IMG/VR virus record: IMGVR_UViG_2926558313_000004
Coordinates: 72,969 to 136,968 of that record
Origin: a virus
Taxonomy: Duplodnaviria > Caudoviricetes
Length of the DNA: 64,000 nucleotides
Direction: 5' to 3' (one strand)
Both the position numbers and the translations under genes were made by a program. The notes beneath the pieces are model-generated. The model did no database searches and had not been told where the DNA came from. It saw only the letters and a list, made by a program, of their open reading frames with translations. The first letter of the stretch is position 1; each line of letters opens with the position of its first letter. Positions 39,468-48,500 of this stretch are shown here, in pieces.

Positions 39468-40355
39468 ATGTTAGAAATGGGTGCTAAAGTGAATGAGTTG
39501 CAATTAATTGAGGGTGGAAAAGATGTCAGAGATAAGTTCATTGGCAAAGTTGAGATTTTAGAGCGTATGAAAGAATTAAGCTTATTACCAGATGGAGAAA
39601 ATGCAAACACTGAAATGGTTGCAGAGTTTTACGGGGTTTCAAAATCAACAATAGAAAGTGTCGTAGAAGACAATCGAAACGAAGTAATTGAAGATGGATA
39701 CAATGTCTTAAAAGGCGCTGAGCTAAAGATTTTTAAAGGTAACACCCTACAAGGGTGCAACCTTAACAATAAGCTAAAATATGCCAGACAGATCGCCCTC
39801 TTCCCCCGTAGAGCAATCCTTCGTGTCGGTATGTTGCTTCGTGATTCAGAAGTAGCTAAGCAAGTGAGAACATACTTGCTAAATGTAGAAGAGATTGCCT
39901 CCCCTACTCAAAAAGAAACGGCTAGAAAGCCAGCATGGACAACCGAAGAAGACCTAATTGTTTTGAACTCTGTCTTAATGAGCGTTAATAACGATGGGAC
40001 GTTAACCGAGGGTTTAAAAGAAGCAAGTCAAAAATTGAACAGAAAATTCTCTACTGTAAATAGTCGTTGGCAATATAGTATAAGACATGTTGCTGACAAA
40101 GAAGTATTAGATAAGATCAAGAGCAACGTGGATAGACACATGAAGAAAGATAGATCTGATGAAAATGAAGCAAATGAACTTCGCTTAGAAATTGGCTATC
40201 AGATAGACTCAGTATATCGTGAGAATTGTGAACTAAAGAAAGAAAATGAAATACTAAAGTCTGATAATGAGAAATTAAAAAGAATGTACAAGAAGCTAAA
40301 ATCAGAACACACAACCGTTATAGCTTATCCGAACGGAAAAACCCATCGCCTTTAG
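39468..40355 (+). CDS. Phage antirepressor-like protein fused to an RsfA-type Myb domain; native C-terminus displaced by IS insertion
   Basis: RRAILRVGMLLRDSEVAKQVRTYLL; AWTTEEDLIV...KLNRKFSTVNSRW; original tail found at 41833-41890. Confidence 0.75.
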   Translation: MLEMGAKVNELQLIEGGKDVRDKFIGKVEILERMKELSLLPDGENANTEMVAEFYGVSKSTIESVVEDNRNEVIEDGYNVLKGAELKIFKGNTLQGCNLNNKLKYARQIALFPRRAILRVGMLLRDSEVAKQVRTYLLNVEEIASPTQKETARKPAWTTEEDLIVLNSVLMSVNNDGTLTEGLKEASQKLNRKFSTVNSRWQYSIRHVADKEVLDKIKSNVDRHMKKDRSDENEANELRLEIGYQIDSVYRENCELKKENEILKSDNEKLKRMYKKLKSEHTTVIAYPNGKTHRL

Positions 40356-41832
40356 GCATGGGATGATAGTGAGGTCGGTCAGGGATGGCTTTTGCCATCT
40401 TAATTGACCGAAAAATCACTACACAAATTGTTTTTCATGCAAAAAATTGTTATATAATAGACATATAGCAAAAAAGGAAGTGACGAACAATGGTCATGTA
40501 TTTAACTCAAAGCAATCAAATCAGAGGTCTTTCTAAGGAGCAATTTAAACAACTGAAAGAAATGTGTCACTATGCAAAAAACCTTTACAATGTAGGCTTG
40601 TATAATGTGCGACAACATTACTTTACAGAAAAAAGCTTTTTAAGCTATGAATCCAACTATCACGTTTCAAAAACCAATGAAAATTATGGCATGCTTCAAG
40701 CGGGTGTTTCACAGCAAATTTTAAAAGTAGTAGATCGCTCTTTTAAAAGCTTTTTTAATCTAATTAAGAAAGCGAAAAAAGATGAATACCGCTTTCAAGA
40801 TGTGAAATTACCGAGATATTTAAAGAAAGATGGTCTGTTTCCACTCATTTTTTCTACAAATGCAATTAGTATTAAAGATGGTTTTTTCCGTGTAGCTGTT
40901 TCAAATGCGTACAAAAAGTTGAATCCAAATTTCCAACAAATCCTGATACCTTTCCCTTCAAGACTAGAGGGTAAAAAGATAAAAGAAGTACGAATCGTCC
41001 CAAGAAACAACGGACAATTCTTTTCTATTCAATACGTCTATGAGCAACCGTATGAAGTGACAGAGCTAGATCGTAGCAAAGCACTAGCTATTGACATCGG
41101 ATTAGACAATCTGGCTTCTTGCGTTGATACAGATGGGGCATCCTTTTTAATGGATGGAAAGAAAATCAAATCAATTAACCGTCTATACAACAAAGAGAAA
41201 GCACGTTTACAATCCATTGCCATGAAACAGGGTATGAAATACACGAAGCAGATTGACGCTATAACATTGAAGCGCAATCGTCAAATCAGTGATTCCATAA
41301 AAAAAAGCGCCAGACACATCATTAACTATTGCATAGAAAACAAAATCGGCAATCTAGTTGTGGGCTACAATAAAGATTTTAAGAGAAATATCAATATTGG
41401 CAAAAAGAATAATCAGCAGTTTGTACAAATTCCATTTGGAAATTTGAGAGAGCAACTTTTTAATCTTTGTGAGCGATATGGCATTGAATACAAAGAGCAA
41501 GAAGAAGCCTATACAAGCAAAGCGTCTTTTTTTGACAATGACCTCATTCCGAATTGGAATCCAGAAGAAAAAGAAAAGCACATTTTTAGCGGAAAACGTA
41601 TAAAACGTGGTCTTTACCGCACGAAAACCGGATATGAGCTAAATGCTGATATTAATGGAGCTTTAAATATTTTACGCAAAAGTAACTTGGTGGATTGTGA
41701 AATCCTACAAGCTAGAGGGCGTTTGGCTCGCCCATTAAGAATAAGAGTCATTTGACCAAACTTCTTTTAAAGAATCCCACTCGTTTCACCGCAAGGTGTA
41801 GAGCTTGCCCCTTTAGGGGTGGGAGAAGTCAA
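40322..41832 (+). mobile_element. IS200/IS605-family TnpB-only element (IS1341-like)
   Basis: Inserted 3' of TTAT (40318-21); subterminal hairpins share CCTTTAGG at both ends; right end TCAA; excision restores the host reading frame. Confidence 0.8.
40490..41755 (+). CDS. tnpB: TnpB RNA-guided nuclease
   Basis: KNLYN, LAIDIGLDN (RuvC-I), EEAYTSK, NADINGALNI (RuvC-III). Confidence 0.93.
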   Translation: MVMYLTQSNQIRGLSKEQFKQLKEMCHYAKNLYNVGLYNVRQHYFTEKSFLSYESNYHVSKTNENYGMLQAGVSQQILKVVDRSFKSFFNLIKKAKKDEYRFQDVKLPRYLKKDGLFPLIFSTNAISIKDGFFRVAVSNAYKKLNPNFQQILIPFPSRLEGKKIKEVRIVPRNNGQFFSIQYVYEQPYEVTELDRSKALAIDIGLDNLASCVDTDGASFLMDGKKIKSINRLYNKEKARLQSIAMKQGMKYTKQIDAITLKRNRQISDSIKKSARHIINYCIENKIGNLVVGYNKDFKRNINIGKKNNQQFVQIPFGNLREQLFNLCERYGIEYKEQEEAYTSKASFFDNDLIPNWNPEEKEKHIFSGKRIKRGLYRTKTGYELNADINGALNILRKSNLVDCEILQARGRLARPLRIRVI

Positions 41833-41850
41833 GAATGTTGTTGGTGCTGC
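41756..41850 (+). ncRNA. omegaRNA 3' scaffold and flanking guide (5' limit unresolved)
   Basis: Structured right end (CCCACTC...GGGGTGGG); guide inferred from the flank GAATGTTGTTGGTGCTGC. Confidence 0.55.
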
Positions 41851-41962
41851 TATGAAGGCTCATACTCGTGAAGTATTGAGGATGAAATAGAGCGTATAAT
41901 ATACTAGTAAAAACCTCCCATTTTGTCGTATAATGGTAGAATGACGGATGGGAGGTGAAGAA

Positions 41963-42721
41963 ATGAATATATTAAGTATCTTACATACTTTTGAGAACTT
42001 AACTAATAAAGAAAAAGAGCGACTTTTAAAAGAATTTAAGGTGAAGTCGTTTGTTGAACTCCACTTGAAAATTAATGAATCATTGAAAAAAACTCTAAAT
42101 GTAATTGAAAATCAAGATTTAATTAATGCATCAAAATTCGTTAGGTGGAATGATGATTGGAATGAATATGGAATTTACGGAAGTAAAAGAGAAGTCTTGA
42201 AAGAAGTAGCTTCCAAAACCTATAGTAGAGGTAGAATTTTATTCATTGACTTCGGTCATCACAACATAGGTAGAGAGTTTTCGCATAATCATGCAGGAGT
42301 CGTACTAAAAGACTTTGGTTCAGTTATAGAAGTATTGCCTATAACATCGGACAAAGGTAAGAAATTTTCCAGCGATATTGAAAAAGCGATTATTCGAGTA
42401 AAGAAAGCCGATTATAATCAGTTTGATAATAATTCAATTTTGTTAACACATCAAATTCAATCAATCTCTAAGAATAGAATTATCAAAGACTTACACAAAA
42501 CAATAGCTAAGACAGAATTAATGGTTCAGATTGAAGAAAGACTATCCTTCACTTATGCTCCTTACTATTCCAAAAAACAAAATGATGAAATAAACTCATT
42601 ATCAGAAAAAGTTTTGCAATTAGAAGAAGAAATTCGTATTATGAGTGAATTAACTAAGGGAATAACTGAAGTAACTACTAGTGAAAAGTTAATCGCTTCT
42701 CATAAAGAAATAGTTGACTAA
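41963..42721 (+). CDS. PemK/MazF-family endoribonuclease with N- and C-terminal extensions
   Basis: RGRILFIDFG..NIGREFS..HAGVVL...VLPITS...QIQSISKNRI; RBS GGGAGGTGA before ATG 41963. Confidence 0.85.
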   Translation: MNILSILHTFENLTNKEKERLLKEFKVKSFVELHLKINESLKKTLNVIENQDLINASKFVRWNDDWNEYGIYGSKREVLKEVASKTYSRGRILFIDFGHHNIGREFSHNHAGVVLKDFGSVIEVLPITSDKGKKFSSDIEKAIIRVKKADYNQFDNNSILLTHQIQSISKNRIIKDLHKTIAKTELMVQIEERLSFTYAPYYSKKQNDEINSLSEKVLQLEEEIRIMSELTKGITEVTTSEKLIASHKEIVD

Positions 42722-42742
42722 ACACAACAAAACGTGTATGAT
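42714..42742 (+). promoter_or_regulatory. sigma-A promoter overlapping the pemK stop codon
   Basis: TTGACT-17-TATGAT. Confidence 0.8.
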
Positions 42743-42748
42743 GTAAGT

Positions 42749-42863
42749 ATCAAAAGTTATATTAACCCTTTCCGTAAGGAATGAGGCTGTGCAATTAACC
42801 TATTAACCCTTGCAATATTGCAAGAGGCTTAAGACCTCCCTCCATTGTGAGCGAGGTCTTTTT
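42749..42863 (+). ncRNA. Small repeat RNA, candidate RNA antitoxin
   Basis: Two 29-nt repeats TATTAACCCTT-[3-bp stem, 4-nt loop]-AWGAGGCT at 42760 and 42801; terminator AAGACCTC...GAGGTCTT+TTT (42831-42863). Confidence 0.7.
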
Positions 42864-42964
42864 CGTGGTTTCGATATTTGTTTATACATATGCCCCATGT
42901 CTCCCCTACTCTACTGGAGTCAGGGGATTTTTGTGTTTTAATTGCTTTGAAAGGAGTTGATGAA

Positions 42965-44214
42965 ATGAATGAAGATTTGAAGTTGCTGATTACAGCAGGG
43001 ATTAATACTGGTACATCTGTAAGGGAAATCAATAATTCAATTAAACAACTGCAGAAAGTTGTTAATCAAAAGAAATTAAATTTAAATATTAAAGTTAATC
43101 AAGATACTTTAAAGCAAATTGAAATGTTTAATACACGGATGAAGGCGCTGGGAGATCAAGCTTTAAATACACGGAAAGTTATAGAAGAAGTCACCTCCCC
43201 CACTGGCGCAAAAGTAACAAGAACTCACTGGGAAGGTGTAGGTGGGGCATTTTCTGAGATCGAATCAAAAGCCAAGCAGACTCAGAAATCAATGGCTCAA
43301 ACATCGGAAGTAGCAAAAGAGACTAAAAAAGAATTTGATTCAATAGCAACATCTACTCAAAAAAATGAGAAATCAGCTCAAAAATTTAACTCTGAAATTC
43401 AAAAAACAGAGAATTTAGTAAAGCGTACATCACGTTTGAATTCTGAAGGTAAAAAGGTTTGGGATGAGACATATCAAAGCGCTTCAAAGGCACGGCAGGA
43501 AGTTGTTAAATATAATGAACATGGTGAACAAACCAATAAAGTTTACACTGAAAATTATAATAATTTAAGAAAACTTTCTCAGGAACGAGCTAAGTTGAGA
43601 CGTGAATTGGTTGCAATGCAATCAGATGGTCGTATTTCTCAATCTCAGTTTAATGATTTATCTAGTAGATTAAATACAAGCACTAGCCAAGTTGCTTTGA
43701 ATAAATATAAAGAACAGATGAAGTCATTAACTACAGTTACAAGCCAAGCAACAGCTAATCAAGCTAAATTAAATCAAGAGCAAGGTAAATTTAGAATTAA
43801 TTTAAATCAATTACATAATCAAGGAAAAATTACTGAAGATCAATTAAGACAATTCAGTAATGCGGTTAATACTACAAAGTCAGTCGGACAAGTTAAAAGG
43901 CTATCGCAAGAAATAGATAAGCTAAGAGTGAAGGCTTCCAGTGTGTCTTCTACTCCACTAACTCAATTTGATCTAGATTTAGCAAGAAGGCAATTTGATA
44001 ATAAAGCAAGTGAGGCAATTAGACAATACCCATCTATTGATAAACGGGCAATAGCTGACCTGCAAAATCAGTTTAAATCACTAGAAGTAGGAACAGATAA
44101 CGTAAGAAATAAAATAAGAGATTATAACATGTCTCTAACGGAAACTGTCAGTCAGACTAAACGTGTGACTGCTAATACTAATACAATGGCTGGGGCATTC
44201 CAGAATGCAATGGT
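42965..44214 (+). CDS. Tape measure protein (YomI/CwlP-like), exon 1
   Basis: RBS AAGGAG before ATG 42965; coiled coil; ends AFQNAM-gt. Confidence 0.85.
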
Positions 44215-44511
44215 GGAATATCGCCGTCTAGCTTAGTAATAGGCTAGATTATGACAGGGGAAAATCGGTGAAGGCTAAGTCGTAAGATATGCTAATACCG
44301 AGGTAAATATTAAATGTAAAAGTTTAATATCACCGTAACGCATAGGTCTTGAACCTGTGTTTTTATCCACAGAATATAATAGACCCACGAGTCTCCTGTA
44401 CCCTATCGATTATTCGAGGGTAAAAATGTATGCTATCTCATCATGAATCAACATGATTCAAAGGAGGAAACTCCGAGGGAGTAAAGATAAAAAGCTTTAC
44501 TGTGAAAAATG
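44215..44511 (+). ncRNA. ORF-less group I intron 1 in the tape measure gene (297 nt)
   Basis: P1 ATGGT/GCCGT; P3 ACAGGGGA/TCTCCTGT; P7 GCATA/TATGC; terminal G44511; restores AMV-KFPIWM. Confidence 0.88.
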
Positions 44512-44931
44512 GAAGTTCCCTATCTGGATGGCAGCCAGTACCGCTTTCTTTGGTACGATCAGAAGTTTCCAAAATATGTTAACACAAATTATCGAGATCG
44601 ACAGTCAAATGACCTCATTAATGAGGGTATCCAATGGAGAAATCGATAGAAATCATATTCTTCAGCAAAGTGTTGATTTGGCAACGCGATTGGGTAATAC
44701 AATAAGCCAAATTAACGCTGGGCTTGAAACGTTCGCCAGACAAGGCTTTAGAGATGATGGGCTAATTGCCATGACGGAAGCATCTACCTTATTTTCCAAT
44801 ATTTCGGAAATGGATGTTGACCAAGCGGCAAGTGGTCTAACTGCTATAGCTATGGGCATGAAGGAAATTAGCGATACAGATATCATGGTTGCGGTTGATG
44901 CCATAAATGAAGTCGATAATAATTTTGCGAT
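44512..44931 (+). CDS. Tape measure protein, exon 2
   Basis: KFPIWMAAST...FARQG...NEVDNNFA, TP901-type TMP core. Confidence 0.88.
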
Positions 44932-45218
44932 TTGAAGAAGTCGCCTATATTGGTAACAATATAGTGATAACTCAGTGAACCCTATTGCTCAGGGGTGTAC
45001 ATTATTGTGCTAACGGTGGAAGTCTAAGTTATTTTAATACTTAATAAAATAATATGATAATACCGTGCCAAGCTTGAAAGGTAACTTTCTTGAAGGTGTA
45101 ACGACTAATTCTTAGGAGGGAAAGATGAGCTGCCCTTCGAAGCGCTGAGAATCCTTTTTAAAGGATTATGATATAGTCTAACCCCTATTAAATATGTCGA
45201 AAGACAGGGTATTATATG
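44932..45218 (+). ncRNA. ORF-less group I intron 2 in the tape measure gene (287 nt)
   Basis: P1 GCGAT/GTCGC; 6-bp P10 GAAGAA/TTCTTC; P3 CTCAG/CTGAG; P7 GACTA/TAGTC; terminal G45218. Confidence 0.92.
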
Positions 45219-45354
45219 TTCTTCTCAAAATATTGTTCAATCTATCCAAAAGTCAGTAGGTGCTGCAGAGACATTTGGTGTTTCACTGCATGAGCTAATT
45301 GGTTATACCACTGCTATTGGAGAAACTACGAGGGAATCTGGAAATATCATCGGT
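45219..45354 (+). CDS. Tape measure protein, exon 3 (136 nt, absent from the ORF track)
   Basis: SSQNIVQSIQKSVGAAETFGVSLHELIGYTTAIGETTRESGNIIG, a conserved TMP segment. Confidence 0.9.
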
Positions 45355-45590
45355 GAAAAGTTGCTGATGTAAAATTCTCACTTATTGACTTGGACGCCCT
45401 AACGTTTAGACGAGGGTAACAGGGGCGAAGTTTAAATACACGCTGAACGACTGAGTGTGAGAACGCTATTAAGCATAGCGAAGCGACAGTCTGAACTTCT
45501 ATGGAGACATAGAGAGTAAGGTTGAAGCGCCTTACCGCCAAATATAGTATTTGGTCAGTAACCTTTAAACTAGGTGAAAGTAACAGCTTG
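45355..45590 (+). ncRNA. ORF-less group I intron 3 in the tape measure gene (236 nt)
   Basis: P1 CATCGGT/GCTGATG; P3 TTCTCAC/GTGAGAA; P7 GACTG/CAGTC; terminal G45590; restores ESGNIIG|NSLKTIFSRI. Confidence 0.9.
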
Positions 45591-48500
45591 AACAGTCTTA
45601 AAACAATATTTTCCAGAATCACCACAATGGATGGTTCAATTGATGCATTAAACTCAGTTGGTATAGCTGTACATAATATGGAGGGCGATGTTCGTCCAGT
45701 AGCAAATATATTAGATGAATTAGGCAGTAAATGGAGTTCCTTGAACTCTCAACAACAGCAATCTATTGCGCTTCAAATTGCCGGCAGATATCAGCTCTCG
45801 CGCTTCTTGGTTTTGATGAATAACCATTCTAGAGCCATCGAAGCTACTAACACAGCCATGAATTCCGCAGGATCTGGAATGAGGGAGAATGAACAATACT
45901 TACAATCATTAGAAGCCCGCATAAACAGATTTAAAAATTCGTGGACTGAAATGGCTATTACTGTCGGAGACGCTTTTCTGTCTGATGGTATTGTAGCATT
46001 TTCAGAAACTATGGCTACAATTTTATCTTCTAGTTCAGATATCATTAGTGTAATTGGTTTTCTGCCTCCAGCTCTTGGTGCGGCAACAGTGGCAACTGTA
46101 GCACTTAATTCTTCAATGAGAACCAATATAACGACCGCCGCAGCTCAAGCGGGAACGCTAACTACACTTAGAGGTATAATTTCAGGTGTAGGTGCAAGTG
46201 CAACAGCAACTGGTGCAGCTTTAGCAACTATGGGACGTTTCATGATTGGAGCCTTACCGCCTGTTGCTCTGATAATGCTTGGTAGCTTTGCATTAGAAAA
46301 GCTCTTCTCAGCTTACATGAAGAATAGAGAAGAAGTAAGGCAGCTAGAGCAAGAAATGAATAAGTCCACCGAGGCAATTAGAAGTCAAGGTGACACAGTT
46401 GATGAACTTGCAAATAGGTTCCAAGAACTTGAAAAATTAAAGCAAACAACTGGTTTAACAAATGAACAGGAAGAGGAATTTGTAAGTCTACAGAATCAAT
46501 TAGCAGAAATACTACCTACTGTAGCTAGTGGATTAGATGAAAAAGGGAACAAGCTGATTGAAAGCTCTGATTTACTACAACAGGAAATTGACCTATTAAA
46601 AGAAAAAATTGAACTGGAGAAAGAGCAGAATAGACTGAATTTAGATTCAAACATTAATAGTCTGCAATTAGATATCGATAAAGAAATTAATAATATTGAT
46701 AAATTGAAAAAGCATGTAATTTTTTACGAAGAAGAAATTTCTAGATTGCAAAATGACAATACTGCCTCTGCTTTCGACATTGAATGGAATCAACTGCAAT
46801 TATTTGCTACAAAACAAAAAATCATTGAAGCAGAGCAGAAAATTCTAAATCTTAATAAGCAAATAGGTCAAACAGTTGCCGATACTGTTGAAGATGCTTC
46901 TAACTTAAGTAATCTGGATTTTGACTGGATATCTGAGATCAAAAAGAATGGATTCGATGGCATTGATTTAAATAATGATGAATTAATTAAATTCACTAAA
47001 ACCCTCTCCTCTATTCGCAAATCTTTCGGTGAAGCATTTTCAACCGATCAACTAAAAACTTTTTCTCAAGAGCAGTTGCAAATCCTCTCCCACATGTCAG
47101 TTAATCTTCAAAATGGGACAAAAGATTTTAGTGATTGGACAGATGCTTTAAAAAATGCAGGGTTCTCATCTGATGATGCAGAATCAGCTATTAGTGCGTT
47201 AAATAGAGCTGTTGAGGAAACTGCTCATGTACAAGAAATGGTTGATCTTGGTGTATTTCGTGATTTAGAAGGAACAATTCCTGTAAAAACTACGAAAGAA
47301 TACAATGAAGTTATAGAAGAAGGTATTCCTCTTTATATTGAAGTCGATGGGGTTATGCAGGAATTAACTGACACTTTAGACTCCCAATCCGAATCCATCG
47401 ATCTCACTGAAAAATCCTTCGAAGAACTCACTCAATACATAGCCGAAAAAACTAACCCTACCCTATCCGATTACATGGCACTGGCATCAGCCACATCAGA
47501 TGAACTCGACATCCTCTCCTCTGCTCACAAGGAATTAATCACCGACGGTAAGCTTTCTCAATCAAGTCTAGATAAGCTAATCGAAGCTTACCCAGACTTC
47601 ATCAAAGTAACTGGCTTATCGACAGATAAGATGCTTGAATTTATAACAGCTTCTAAGCAGCAACGTATGCAAGCAATTCGTGATCAAAAAGAAATGACTA
47701 GAGCAACCATCGAAGAAACTGAGAAGCGAATTGCAGAGATGCAAAAAGAAATCGACGCAATGGGAGCGCGGACTCTAGCTCAAATCAGAAGTTATAACGC
47801 TCAAATTACTAGTCTAAGAAATGCATTGTCTAACACGACTGACCGAAGCGAACAAGAAAGACTCTCTAATGAAATCACTCGCATTAGTGGAGTCATTTAC
47901 GATTTAAATACTGCCTTCCAAGAGCAGCACACTATTCTAAGTGACTTAAAAAAAGAAAATGAGGAAGCAACTAATTCATACACTTACCTCGACTATGCAG
48001 TAAATGATTTAGCTGAATCTTATCATAAGAATACTGAAGCAAACGACAAAAATAATAAATCTCAAAAAGACTCAATTTATTTAGCTAATAAGCGAGAAGA
48101 AGCAATCAAGGCTCTTAATCGTGAACTAACCAGACAGCAAAACGCTCAAAATAACTTACTAAAGGGATCTCAAAGATGGTTAAAAGCTAAGCAGGAAGAA
48201 ATCAACCTCACTCAAAAACTAAGAGAAGAATTAGCTAATCAGAGGGCGGAATTAGAAAAACTACAAAATGCAGGAATCGTTCAACAATCAGGAGTAGTAA
48301 ATTCTTCTTCGATGAATGGTGGATCGTCTTCATCGTCTTATAGCGGTCAATACGCTACTTATATTAATAAAGCCGCTGCACAATACGGAATTGATCCAAA
48401 TCTAATTGCGGCTGTCATTCAAACAGAATCTAATTTCAATTCAAATGCCCGTTCCTCTGCCGGAGCACAGGGATTAATGCAATTAATGCCTGCTACCGCT

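Noticed and set aside
40322-41832. IStron (intron-IS hybrid)
   Set aside because: The left end is only ~170 nt and shows no group I P3/P7 core
42760-42829. Mini CRISPR array
   Set aside because: Only two units, the variable part lies inside the repeat hairpin, the linker is 12 nt, and there are no cas genes
44453-44511. Listed N-terminus MIQRRKL... of the 160-aa ORF (likewise 45522-45590 and 42878-42964)
   Set aside because: These stretches are intron sequence or upstream leader, not genuine coding starts
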